From a virus (taxonomy: Duplodnaviria > Caudoviricetes), in IMG/VR virus record IMGVR_UViG_3300036845_000183, positions 1-55,180 of that record: a DNA stretch of 55,180 nucleotides. One strand, written 5' to 3'. Of the stretch, positions 16,601 to 24,942 are shown one piece after another. The stretch's first letter is position 1; every line of letters begins with the position of its first letter. Below the pieces are notes generated by a model. The model had not been told where the DNA came from. It did not search any database and saw only the letters and a program-made list of their open reading frames with translations. The position numbers were made by a program, and so were the translations under genes.

Positions 16601-17599
16601 GCTGCGATCGAAAAGCTTGGTCACGATCCTGACGACATCGCCTATGCGGCCGAACAGGCAAACCAAAAGGCGACCAAGGGCGAGGCGAACATGGAACGCC
16701 CGCTTGCGGCCGAAAAAGCTTCGGTCGGGCGGGGCTACCAGGCGCAGCGTGCGGAATTGGCTGCAACGCCAGTCAATCAGCACGTCGTGAACTCAGACGG
16801 TTCTGCATGGGACGCGTCCAAAGGCTACGGCATTGCGGACGGCCCCAAATCAATGGTTCGGACGGCTGAGAACCCGAAAGGCGCGGTCGACGAAGCCTAC
16901 GCGGCCGATGCGGAGAGCGCGCAACGGCTTGCGTCGGCGCCGGCCGCCAGTCCTGCGGAGCGCTGGGGCAACGTCGAAAAGGCGCAAGCCGAACTGCTCA
17001 GGAAGGAGCGTGACGCCTATGCGAACAATGATACGACGCGTGCGAACGCCATGCGCACGATGGCGACTAGTCTTCGCGGCGAGCAGGCTCGCATTGCGCG
17101 TGGGTTGCTTCCCGAAGGTCGCGCGCAATCGTTCATGGACGAATTGCATGACCTTGACGAACGGTACGCCAAGGTAATGAAGCTCAGCGAAGGCATCAAG
17201 CAGAGCAAGCTTGATTCGCTGCTGTCGAAGAACACACCGGAGAGCCGGGAGTTCGAAACGAACTTCAAGCGTATCGCGGGCGACGATGTATCGGCTATTC
17301 GCACGTTCAACGCGATCAAGGCCAATGCGCGCAACTCGCTCGGCGGCGAAGCAAAGCTCATGCTTCCCGTGATCGCGGGCGAAGTGACGGCGAACGCAAC
17401 GGGCATTCCGACCATGGGCGCCGCGTCGGCCGCAATTGGGCTGCACCGAACCTACAAGATCCTGGGTGACTGGCTGAGCGCGAAGGCGCTTGGCAAGACG
17501 GTCAAGTTTGCCGATTTCATGCGCCAGGAGACGAAGGCGCCGACCGTGAACGTCGGCGGACGCGCCGCGGTCGGAGCAGCACAGGAGGCACAGCAATGA
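13628..17599 (+). CDS. Large internal virion / DNA-ejection protein with lytic-transglycosylase-like domain
   Basis: 1323 aa, Ala/Gly/Gln-rich; IESGN...SSASGAFQFINSTW...LYVAHNLG; glycine-zipper segments. Confidence 0.8.
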   Translation: MSGQQAFGAALNQGFGTGGEGAPEPPLDLSPPSPGAATPDQQSPVFGSATSGMTFGQPKYTTDPNATALDQSASLIQQRIDQATKISNNPFAAIFAPDEVAKARDFVPQAADALQKIKQQQQTGIDAKDTARNWGLTNPNQFGPQTTDTTLANEALRQWKDEGNFNAYKALSGLGPEWKNRAELYMPDAMGKFATHVNAVQDGITALNAAVNTRSQTAYEAARDKLIKSNDLSAIGVRPENIPGTKEGWLAARGPLEAQYNQASRTIKAFQTRQDQLNQATPITDEKVGSRIEGTFQFGNGETVPGFKAVSLPGYGDVQGVMGPPGSKDIAQRGVTWSNAAPEQVKTVQEQTKAPEVQGAINKYKMAREFNETAQNDKMYKSAAGIALISDELGAIGRDVSEGSKAAGSIGLTKMLEAKYGSVDNARNKLAQEASALKDWLSKGGDKNPRLSPPSIQGIKDVAQYKHDQALKEVRDRIGQPLETAGRYGMILKNLGLDKEITDSPEIRGVYDQALARGNKELDSYPMVAIGDRRVMLPSGSSVQGAIQGTMQHPALTTPAQPAQGGGAPALTGAGTSGPSGSPGPNSPAGGAAPTAPQPPTVPPAGGGGPAPQPQVIAGQSVNAPMPPGASPGYMQATQRIESGNEASPWAAGTPRSSASGAFQFINSTWAADKPPGAPARAGDATPQQQADAFATRTAKNAATLTKAGLPVNDVSLYVAHNLGEGAGPKLLQADPNADARSIVGDKAASNNPRFFRGKPTVATVLQRYSDAMQPPQGAWGRLNSLFMQGIPAGQRAQAARNVGTAATENAPAIGSTLGAIGGSVAGPLGTVGGGAAGGAGGQVLKDYLQGNPQSPTNIAEQGALGGVLGVAPAGKPLVGLATRVLGAGSVEAGAEAARGGSAEDVVKAGAVGSAAAAGGEALGRFIGYLGRQAHQFVSKYTQPAQKELFEHGTNLAEARATLESTEPKLPGDGGDNPKYVAAEKAEEKSKAAIEKLGHDPDDIAYAAEQANQKATKGEANMERPLAAEKASVGRGYQAQRAELAATPVNQHVVNSDGSAWDASKGYGIADGPKSMVRTAENPKGAVDEAYAADAESAQRLASAPAASPAERWGNVEKAQAELLRKERDAYANNDTTRANAMRTMATSLRGEQARIARGLLPEGRAQSFMDELHDLDERYAKVMKLSEGIKQSKLDSLLSKNTPESREFETNFKRIAGDDVSAIRTFNAIKANARNSLGGEAKLMLPVIAGEVTANATGIPTMGAASAAIGLHRTYKILGDWLSAKALGKTVKFADFMRQETKAPTVNVGGRAAVGAAQEAQQ

Positions 17600-17865
17600 T
17601 GCACGACTTGCCACTGCTCCAGCAGCTAACCAAGCAGCTCGAAACTTCGGGCACGAAGGACGCGCGTAACAAGGCGATTGCTATTTTGCGTGACCGCGGC
17701 CACATGCACAAGGATTCGGAGCGGTTGACTGCGGAGGGCCAGAGGCGGGATGCGATGGGCGCCGCCGGCCGCGCAATCGACAGAGCTTCGAAGGCGAGCG
17801 GGAAGCCTCCGCACCATTACGAGTACAACCCGCATACGAACAGAGCGACTTTGAAGAAGCGATGA
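17596..17865 (+). CDS. Small basic hypothetical protein
   Basis: GGAGG SD, ATGA overlap. Confidence 0.7.
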   Translation: MMHDLPLLQQLTKQLETSGTKDARNKAIAILRDRGHMHKDSERLTAEGQRRDAMGAAGRAIDRASKASGKPPHHYEYNPHTNRATLKKR

Positions 17866-17866
17866 C

Positions 17867-18178
17867 GTGCTTCCCTGGTTAAACCAGTTCCAACCCAAGC
17901 AACCTGAGACGCCGCGGCAAACCATGCTGCGGCGTATTGGCGAGGGCGTGCCCCTCGAACTGGCGACACGCGCTGCTGGCGTAACGATGGACAGCCTCAA
18001 GGGCGACCCGGAGGCTGACAAAGCGCTGGCCGAAGGCGAAATCCTGCTATTCGAGCGCGCACGCGACAGCGGCGTTACCGGCGTCGTCAGGGCTGCGATG
18101 CGTCGGGAGGCGAATAGTTGGCTTCCCAAGGCAGAGGTGCAGACTGGGCTTTCGCTGGAGGACTATCTGAAAGACTAG
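17867..18178 (+). CDS. Putative terminase small subunit / HTH protein
   Basis: IGEGVPLELATRAAGV HTH-like; A.AEGE..LF..A pattern of TerS-like proteins. Confidence 0.45.
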   Translation: MLPWLNQFQPKQPETPRQTMLRRIGEGVPLELATRAAGVTMDSLKGDPEADKALAEGEILLFERARDSGVTGVVRAAMRREANSWLPKAEVQTGLSLEDYLKD

Positions 18179-18308
18179 GCCAGACGACTTTCGGATTGTA
18201 ACCGGAGAACAGTGGCGGCCCTTCTCGCACTGACATCGGCGGCAAGTCCATAAACGGCGCGCGGTTGTCTTTGTCGCGTCGCAGCGCTTCGGGAATGTCT
18301 TCGTTCAT
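18087..18308 (-). CDS. Hypothetical Pro-rich protein (3' end overlaps the putative terS antisense)
   Basis: ATGA coupling with upstream ORF. Confidence 0.4.
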   Translation of the reverse strand: MNEDIPEALRRDKDNRAPFMDLPPMSVREGPPLFSGYNPKVVWPSLSDSPPAKAQSAPLPWEANYSPPDASQP

Positions 18309-18436
18309 CCCAGCCCCCATGGAAGCCCCAGCCACGGCGTCGGCTTCGATTTCAGGTCTCTCCGAACCAAGCGTACGATCCGGTATGCGTGTCGCGCCAC
18401 GCTAACGGCGCCGATTGCAGCAAGTACATAGATCAT
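18305..18436 (-). CDS. Small membrane-associated protein (ends PTPWLGLPWGLG)
   Basis: GGAGGG SD; ATGA overlap with gcrA stop. Confidence 0.55.
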   Translation of the reverse strand: MIYVLAAIGAVSVARHAYRIVRLVRRDLKSKPTPWLGLPWGLG

Positions 18437-18819
18437 ACAACCCTCCGTGAAACGTGTTGATGAAATGCGCAGTAGCGAAAATCTATCGTTGACAGACCGC
18501 AGAACATCGCACCAACCGGCCACTTGCACATGCCGTCTTTAAGCTGGTCGAAGGTCACGGCGTCATCGGGTGGCGGCTCCACAGGGACGATTTTCTTTGC
18601 CCGCGCCACTACGGGTTTCTTCTCATACACCCGATGTTGATGGCCGCCGAACTTCGTATTCAGCGATCTGATACCGTACCGGCTGCGGAAGCTCATGATG
18701 GCGTTTCGCGTAGTGCCGAGTTCTTTCGCGATGCTGAGGCCGGAGCCACCTTCGGCCGAAAGTTTCGTGACCGCGGACAAGCGGTCGTCGTGCGTCATGT
18801 TTGCCCAGATCATTTTCAA
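18433..18819 (-). CDS. gcrA: GcrA-like cell-cycle transcriptional regulator
   Basis: S...IAKELGTTRNAI HTH and L....CKWPVG..FCG...YCAFH C-terminal motif. Confidence 0.88.
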   Translation of the reverse strand: MKMIWANMTHDDRLSAVTKLSAEGGSGLSIAKELGTTRNAIMSFRSRYGIRSLNTKFGGHQHRVYEKKPVVARAKKIVPVEPPPDDAVTFDQLKDGMCKWPVGAMFCGLSTIDFRYCAFHQHVSRRVV

Positions 18820-18968
18820 ATTCCGTTGATCGCAATCACGCTGATGAAAAATAGCACAATCAGCGCACCAGTGCCAAGTAACGCACCGATAAAGACGCGT
18901 GCTGCGGTTTCGCCAAATGCGAAGGCGATAAATCCAGCCAAGCCGGCAGCGATCAGCAGGATGTGCAT
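18816..18968 (-). CDS. Small two-TM membrane protein
   Basis: GAGGG SD; two hydrophobic helices. Confidence 0.6.
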   Translation of the reverse strand: MHILLIAAGLAGFIAFAFGETAARVFIGALLGTGALIVLFFISVIAINGI

Positions 18969-19065
18969 TTTACAACCCTCTAAGTGAAAAACAGGTACCA
19001 AACGGAGTACATCGCCAGCGCGACCGCGCCTTGCGGAATTGCCAAGATGTAGAACATGCGGTCGC

Positions 19066-19272
19066 TCATGATCGCGGCCTCACGTAAACCCAGTGCGTGG
19101 CGTCGGCTCCTGCTTTTTCGAGCCATCCGATGGCGATGGTAGCGCGTACTTCTGCCCTTGAGAACTCATCAGCGCTCGCGGCTTCCACCGCACGCCGTGC
19201 TGCGACCGTAGCCAGAACAGCCCACAGACGTTTCGATTCTCGCAGGACGGGTATGGACGTTTTGTTGCTCAT
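19066..19272 (-). CDS. Hypothetical protein
   Basis: GGAG SD. Confidence 0.55.
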   Translation of the reverse strand: MSNKTSIPVLRESKRLWAVLATVAARRAVEAASADEFSRAEVRATIAIGWLEKAGADATHWVYVRPRS

Positions 19273-19471
19273 CGTTAGCTCCAGGCAGATGCGCAGTAGG
19301 TTGGAATCTACGGCAGTCCCTGCGCATCCTTTTGCCCCTCCACCGCGTTTCCGAGGGCGCCAATTTTGCGTGTGTACGCCTAAAATGTATGACAGTCAAG
19401 AGCCTATTTGACGTCCGCCGCATTGTTCTGTACCGTGTGCTTGAGTTTGTCATACAATCGGAGGCCAAACA

Positions 19472-20230
19472 GTGGTCAATATCGTCAACCAGGGCACGCT
19501 TGGCGGCGGGTTTCGCCATTATTCCGGCCTCTTGCCTGCGATCAACGGCGCGGGCGATCCGCATCACGCATCTGTACGCCTTTTCCACGTCCCGGCGGCC
19601 AACGTGGCGACGATTTTTCGCGGCGACATCATGGTGTTCGGCGGCGCCGTAGTCGGCAACCAGGGCGCGGCGGATATCCCGTCGAACATTTCGGCGCCAT
19701 CCACCTCAGTTGTGATCGGCAACGGCGGTGGTTCGGGGCTCGGTAACCAATCGATCGCGCCGAACGTCATCAAATGGACGCCTGGCGACGCTACCACAAC
19801 CAGCATCATCGCGGGTGTTTGCGTCGGCTTCGGCCCGCTTACGCTGTACATGGCCAAGAACGGCTTTCAGTACATCCCGACGCTTACGGAGGCCTGGGTC
19901 TATGTCGAGACCGACCCGGAAATCGAGATGTACGCGACTGTTCCGACCGTACCTGGCACCGCATTCAATTTGCTGCTCAACGACGGTTGCGACGTCAAGG
20001 CGAACGCTGGTTTCCAGTCAACGCGGTTCGGCGTGTCCGGCGTGTCGATCGACCCGGCTTCTTTCGCCACCACGGCGACGCTGCCGCTTCGCGTGCTGTC
20101 GTCCGGCGAGCAGATCGGCAACGACCCGACCGCCACCGGCTTCGTTGCGAAGGTGACCTTCAACAAGCTTCGCCACTACAAAGGCAACCCCGGCAGCGCC
20201 GCCGCGAACGTTCCGTTCGTCGCGGATTAA
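19472..20230 (+). CDS. Putative head-associated / capsid decoration protein
   Basis: GGAGG SD, strong codon bias; IFRGD...GVCVG...VYVETDP...ATTATLPLRVL resembles the gene usually next to this capsid type. Confidence 0.6.
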   Translation: MVNIVNQGTLGGGFRHYSGLLPAINGAGDPHHASVRLFHVPAANVATIFRGDIMVFGGAVVGNQGAADIPSNISAPSTSVVIGNGGGSGLGNQSIAPNVIKWTPGDATTTSIIAGVCVGFGPLTLYMAKNGFQYIPTLTEAWVYVETDPEIEMYATVPTVPGTAFNLLLNDGCDVKANAGFQSTRFGVSGVSIDPASFATTATLPLRVLSSGEQIGNDPTATGFVAKVTFNKLRHYKGNPGSAAANVPFVAD

Positions 20231-20244
20231 CAGGAGCAACCACG

Positions 20245-20769
20245 ATGAAGAAATTTCTGATTGCCGCGCTCTTTGCGCTGCTTCCTGCGATGGCGTTTGC
20301 GCAAACCGTCACGTCACTTCCCGAGGTCATCCCCTCCGGCGCCGTGACCGATCTCGGCAACGGCCCGCTGGAATACAAGCTGGTACAGGGCAACGCCGGC
20401 TTGTTTACGTCGCAAGGTTCCGGTACCGGCAGCACGTCGGGTTCGTCTACGGCGCTGACACTGACCGCGGTACCGACAACGCCGCCCTGCCAAGGTTGCA
20501 TCATCGCGGGCGCCGGCATCACATCGGGCACGACGGTAGCTGCATTCAATGCGGTTACCAGCATCACGCTTTCGGCGGCGATGACCGTAGTTGGCGGTAC
20601 CACGGTCACGTGGGGCGCCGCGTGCCCCGCTATCGGCAGCGCGCCTTCGGCTCTGGTGCAGGCCAGCGTCGGCGGCGATGTTCCGTTCTATACGCAGTCT
20701 CGCGTCTGCGGCTCCGGCAACTTCGGCCCTGGCGCTCAGGTACTGCCCTTCGCCATCGGCGCGCACTGA
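20245..20769 (+). CDS. Secreted beta-rich protein with Sec signal peptide
   Basis: AGGAG SD; MKKFLIAALFALLPAMAFA|Q; Thr/Ser/Gly-rich; 4 Cys. Confidence 0.8.
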   Translation: MKKFLIAALFALLPAMAFAQTVTSLPEVIPSGAVTDLGNGPLEYKLVQGNAGLFTSQGSGTGSTSGSSTALTLTAVPTTPPCQGCIIAGAGITSGTTVAAFNAVTSITLSAAMTVVGGTTVTWGAACPAIGSAPSALVQASVGGDVPFYTQSRVCGSGNFGPGAQVLPFAIGAH

Positions 20770-20772
20770 GTT

Positions 20773-21843
20773 GTGTTCTGGCTGGGCGCCATCGTCGCAC
20801 TTTGCTACGTTCCGGGCTTAACCGGAGCGTATATTGCGACGCAGTGGCCCGTCTTGGCCGTGGTCATGTCGTTCGGTTTGTTGCGTAGCGCCCCGTTTAC
20901 GTTGCTTCATTTACTCGGGGCGCTTTTTCTTCTTTACGCTGCGGTGCATGCGTTCTTCACGCCCGCCCCCCATGACGCGGTGTTCGGCCTGTGGCTGGTC
21001 GTCATCATGGCGCTGACCGTCCGGTTTGGGTCGACCGTGACTGACACGCGCGGACTGTACGCGGGCTTGGCGCTCGGCGCCGCAGTATCGTCGGCCCTCG
21101 CTGTGGCGCAGTATTTCGGCCTGTACTGGCCGCCCATGTCGTCACCCGCGCCGGCAGGGCTCTACGTAAACAGCGTGCAGCAAGGTACTATTCTGGCGTT
21201 GCTGATCGTCGCCTTGATGACTGAGCGCATGTGGTTTTGGGCGCTGCCGCTTCTGCCGGGCTTGGTTCTGGCGCAGTCCCGCGGGGCATGGCTGGCCCTC
21301 GCAATCGGGCTGCTGGGTTGCCGCATCCGACATGTCGGAGTGCTGGGACTGGTTGTGGCGGTTGGCTGCGCTATTCTATCGGTCACGCTGTCATCATCCG
21401 ACCAGGAACGCATGCTGATCTGGAACGTCGCGTGGCACGGCCTGACATGGTTCGGTCGCGGACCTGGCATGTTCTATGCGGTGACGATTTGGCGAGAAGG
21501 TACGGCATGGTTTCCGGGATATGTGCACAATGACGCACTTCAGCTTATTTTCGAGTACGGCGTGGGGGCGGTGTTGCCGATCGCTGTTTTCGGTTTCGTG
21601 CTCAGTCGAACTGAGGCCAGAGAGTGGCCCGTTGTGCTCGCCTTTGTGGCGGCGAGCTGCTACACGATGCCGCTCTACATGCCGGTTACCGCTTTTCTGG
21701 CTCTGGTCGCTGTGGGGCGTGTTCTTCGTACTCATGCTCGGATTCTCGCTAGCAGCAATCACCGCCGACAGTTTGGCGTACCGAGGCGATCCGATGGCAG
21801 CTACCAAAGCGGCGCAACTGTTTCCGTGGAACCGAGTTATTAG
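20773..21843 (+). CDS. O-antigen ligase (WaaL/Wzy_C) or O-oligosaccharyltransferase-like polytopic membrane protein
   Basis: About 10 TM helices; GLYVN, QSRGAWLAL, ER..IW..A, FGRGPGMF, HNDALQL.FEYG.G. Confidence 0.85.
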   Translation: MFWLGAIVALCYVPGLTGAYIATQWPVLAVVMSFGLLRSAPFTLLHLLGALFLLYAAVHAFFTPAPHDAVFGLWLVVIMALTVRFGSTVTDTRGLYAGLALGAAVSSALAVAQYFGLYWPPMSSPAPAGLYVNSVQQGTILALLIVALMTERMWFWALPLLPGLVLAQSRGAWLALAIGLLGCRIRHVGVLGLVVAVGCAILSVTLSSSDQERMLIWNVAWHGLTWFGRGPGMFYAVTIWREGTAWFPGYVHNDALQLIFEYGVGAVLPIAVFGFVLSRTEAREWPVVLAFVAASCYTMPLYMPVTAFLALVAVGRVLRTHARILASSNHRRQFGVPRRSDGSYQSGATVSVEPSY

Positions 21844-21857
21844 AGAGAGGGTGCCCC

Positions 21858-22208
21858 GTGGCTGATGTCGATGCGCTAAACCTGTACCCCAATAGCTACA
21901 TGGCGAAGGCCGTCAAGCTCGGGCAATCCCGGTTCATTTCGGTGGACCAGCCCTCGCTACCGATCGGATCGCAGAACAACGTGTCAATCGCCGCGGCAAC
22001 GACGCTGACGGTGCCCGCCACAGCCGGCTACGCGATCATTACGGCGGTCGGCGGCCCGCTCTACCTCACGACGGATGGCAGCACGCCATCGGCTGCGAAC
22101 TACTCGATTACGCTGGCCAGTGGTGCTTCGGTGTCGTTCTACGGCCAAGCGACCCTGACGGCAATCAAGGTGCAGGGTACCAGCATGTCGGTGGAGTACC
22201 TGCAGTGA
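21858..22208 (+). CDS. Beta-sandwich-like putative virion protein (no signal peptide)
   Basis: GAGGG SD; LTVP..A..AII......YLTTDGSTP. Confidence 0.7.
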   Translation: MADVDALNLYPNSYMAKAVKLGQSRFISVDQPSLPIGSQNNVSIAAATTLTVPATAGYAIITAVGGPLYLTTDGSTPSAANYSITLASGASVSFYGQATLTAIKVQGTSMSVEYLQ

Positions 22209-22657
22209 GCGGACGATCATTTTTCTGGGTTCTGCTTCTCTTTGCCGTGCTCGCTGGAGCTAGCTTCGGATTACGAGCAGAACCCGGCTTGCCGAATGGC
22301 GGGACCGGAGGAGGCGCCGCCACTTCGATCACCATAACGCCGAACGTCACGCCAACTGACTGTTCGGGCTCTATTACCGCGGGCGGCACGGCGCAGCCGC
22401 TCATAGCCGCTCAGACTACGCTGCACGGCTTTACTGTCGTGAATATCGACACTGGGCACAATGCCGAGCCGCTATGGCAGTCATTCACGGGGACCGCGGC
22501 GCCTCTCACTGCCGGGTCTTATCCACTGCCGGCACCAACGGCGACGACATTTGCAGGCGCGGGGTCGTGGACTTCACCACCTGGTTTCGGAACCAATCAC
22601 GCCGTCTCGATTATCGGCGCTACGACCGGGCACATCTTTTCCTGCACGTGGTGGTGA
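22205..22657 (+). CDS. Secreted beta-rich protein with signal peptide
   Basis: MSGRSFFWVLLLFAVLAGASFGLRA|E; Thr/Gly-rich; 2 Cys. Confidence 0.75.
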   Translation: MSGRSFFWVLLLFAVLAGASFGLRAEPGLPNGGTGGGAATSITITPNVTPTDCSGSITAGGTAQPLIAAQTTLHGFTVVNIDTGHNAEPLWQSFTGTAAPLTAGSYPLPAPTATTFAGAGSWTSPPGFGTNHAVSIIGATTGHIFSCTWW

Positions 22658-22659
22658 AC

Positions 22660-23130
22660 ATGCGCGGTTTCATAACCCTCCTGTTTCTGCTATGCGCGAG
22701 TGCCGCCTCAGCTCAATGGGGCGGCGGGGGCGGCACTACGAATAGTGTTTCGACGGCCAGCAACACCCAGCGGCAGCTTTGCTCGATTCGCGCCGCGGAC
22801 TTCAATTCCACCGCCGATCAGTTGTGCGTGCTGCCGGCCGCCGTGACGACCTACAAGATCATTGAGATATTTGAGACCAACTGTTCGTCGTCACCCGGCA
22901 GCGCGGCCGGCGGCGTGTATACGGCTGCATCCAAAGGTGGTACCGCCATCGTCGCGGCGTCGCAGACGTTCGTGACGGCGCAGGCGATCGCACCGACCAT
23001 TCCCAACACCTTAGCCACCAACATGGCTACCACCCGTTTCACCGCCAACCCTCTGTACCTCAGCTTGACCACTCCGAAGGGCAGCGCCGTCACGTGCGAC
23101 ATGTACGTGATTGGGGTGGACCTGACGTGA
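22660..23130 (+). CDS. Secreted beta-rich protein with signal peptide
   Basis: MRGFITLLFLLCASAASA|QW; 4 Cys in mature part. Confidence 0.75.
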   Translation: MRGFITLLFLLCASAASAQWGGGGGTTNSVSTASNTQRQLCSIRAADFNSTADQLCVLPAAVTTYKIIEIFETNCSSSPGSAAGGVYTAASKGGTAIVAASQTFVTAQAIAPTIPNTLATNMATTRFTANPLYLSLTTPKGSAVTCDMYVIGVDLT

Positions 23131-23951
23131 ACTGGTTTCTGCTTGCCCTATTCTTGCTCGGCTCGGCACCAGCCGCCGCGCAGTGGGAGGGCTGCGCACC
23201 GGGGTTTTGCAACCTAGCGGGAACATCAGCAGGAGCGCCGCAAACGCTTGATGGCGTGGCTACCGGTACTGGCCACGGTAGCCTTACCGTGCCAACAGCG
23301 GGGCTGACGACGACCAAAACCAACGATATCTTGGTAGCTTACGTCGTAAATAACAGAACAAGTGGGCAGGGCAGCGCAACTACGGTGTCAGGTATCACGG
23401 ACAGTAGCTCGTTGTCGTGGGTTCGACGTGGCAGCGCTTGCAGTTTTCAGAGCGGCGCGGCGGGAACGCCGTTCGTCACGGTGGAAATCTGGTGGGCGCT
23501 GGCGGCTTCCGTACAGGCCTCTGACGTACTGTCAATCACGTTTGCGGCTGCGTACGACAATGCAACTGCTATCGTTTTCGGAGTTTCGGGAAGCAAGACG
23601 AGTGCACCTTTTGACGTAAACGCTTCGTTGCCAAATTGTGCGAACAGCAGCGCGACGTCGGCCCCGACTGCTACGGCCGTGTCCACTACGTGCAACAACA
23701 CGTTCATGATCGCAGGGGCTGGGTCGGCAAACACCGCAGCCAACCCAGGCGCTCAAACGGTCGGAACATCCCCAGTTACCTTTACCGCGATAAGCTTGAA
23801 CAACCTGCAAGCCGGGGGCGTTAATTTTATGCAAGCTGTCGCTGAATACTCAGTTTTTTCGTCGGCTCAGTCTTCCATCAGTCCTGGGTTTTCTTCAAAC
23901 TGGGCTGGCTGGGATATTTTGGTTGATGCTTTGCAATCTGCGTCATGCTAG
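23127..23951 (+). CDS. Secreted Ser/Thr-rich beta protein with signal peptide
   Basis: MNWFLLALFLLGSAPAAA|QW; 6 Cys; GTGA overlap. Confidence 0.75.
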   Translation: MNWFLLALFLLGSAPAAAQWEGCAPGFCNLAGTSAGAPQTLDGVATGTGHGSLTVPTAGLTTTKTNDILVAYVVNNRTSGQGSATTVSGITDSSSLSWVRRGSACSFQSGAAGTPFVTVEIWWALAASVQASDVLSITFAAAYDNATAIVFGVSGSKTSAPFDVNASLPNCANSSATSAPTATAVSTTCNNTFMIAGAGSANTAANPGAQTVGTSPVTFTAISLNNLQAGGVNFMQAVAEYSVFSSAQSSISPGFSSNWAGWDILVDALQSASC

Positions 23952-23961
23952 GGAAATAATC

Positions 23962-24219
23962 ATGCGCCTGACAATCATCAAAGACGACAATATGGTGTCG
24001 GTGAACGGCGAGCACCGCACGGTCGACTGCAGCGACTTGCCGGCCGACTTTCACGCGTTGCAGTGGTACGGCGAACTGAAAACCGGCGAGGTCGAGTACC
24101 GCGTGGTGAAGTGCGAGCACTGCGGCAGTCGGCACAAGAAATCGAACTTGGACATCTCGGACGTCGCCCCCTATCAAATTTACGTGGACCGGTGGAATGT
24201 TGCCAGACCCCAAAGTTAA
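23962..24219 (+). CDS. Tail-fibre-associated (chaperone-like) protein
   Basis: MRLTIIKDDNMV.VNG...HALQW....GEVEY pattern seen beside phage fibres. Confidence 0.55.
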   Translation: MRLTIIKDDNMVSVNGEHRTVDCSDLPADFHALQWYGELKTGEVEYRVVKCEHCGSRHKKSNLDISDVAPYQIYVDRWNVARPQS

Positions 24220-24550
24220 GTGCCCTGCGACGGCCTTCACGAAAACGTGTCGGTCGGTCGTCACTAAGTGCGACTGCCCGAAGTTCGTCACGATCCGCGG
24301 TAAAGACCCGCAGACGGGCGCCGAAGCTGATCGCGTCGGCTGCGTGGACAGCTTTCTGCCGCTGTTGCTGATCGAAAATGCGCAGATGTCGCGGCAAACG
24401 GGCGCCGCGGTGGAAAGCTTCCGTAACGAAGTTGTGAAGGCCAGGGAGGCGGACGAACAGGCTCGCCATGAGTTCTTAATGCTGGCGCGGGGCGGAAGGA
24501 GTAAAGCAGATGCGAACGGCAACTACTTACCGTCCCTGGATGGGACCTGA
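24197..24550 (+). CDS. Conserved Cys-rich phage protein (tail-fibre-associated)
   Basis: CP...C...C...GKDPQTG...C...LPLLLIEN....RQTGAAVESFRNE. Confidence 0.7.
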   Translation: MLPDPKVKCPATAFTKTCRSVVTKCDCPKFVTIRGKDPQTGAEADRVGCVDSFLPLLLIENAQMSRQTGAAVESFRNEVVKAREADEQARHEFLMLARGGRSKADANGNYLPSLDGT

Positions 24551-24551
24551 A

Positions 24552-24821
24552 ATGCATCCTGAGCACCACATTTTCTCCGACGGCGCTACGTGGTCGATCG
24601 CCTTCGCTACGACGTCCGTGCTGCCGTGGCTCGATACGCTATGGGAACACGTGCCTTCGATCACGGTGGCGTACATGGCCGTCTCAGGCGCGTTCATGCT
24701 GTTCCAGGTGGCCGATCGCATGGGGTGGCTGGACAACCTGAAACAGCGTCGGTTGCCGCTCATCTCAGTCGACGATCCACCACCGGAGTCCGACCATGCC
24801 AAAACGCTACGAGGCCGTTAA
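24552..24821 (+). CDS. Small membrane protein (holin-like candidate)
   Basis: Two hydrophobic segments and charged C-tail. Confidence 0.5.
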   Translation: MHPEHHIFSDGATWSIAFATTSVLPWLDTLWEHVPSITVAYMAVSGAFMLFQVADRMGWLDNLKQRRLPLISVDDPPPESDHAKTLRGR

Positions 24822-24942
24822 GCGCAGCATCCGCAAGCGGAACCCTGGCATGAGTTCCGCAGCGGTGAAGACCAAAGCAGCCAAGATCGCCAACGGAACA
24901 CGCAAGCCTGGGCAGGCGAAGGTAACTCGGGGCTCTAAATGA
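24796..24942 (+). CDS. Small very basic protein (MPKRYEAVKRSIRKR...)
   Basis: GGAG SD; translated by hand. Confidence 0.6.
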   Translation: MPKRYEAVKRSIRKRNPGMSSAAVKTKAAKIANGTRKPGQAKVTRGSK

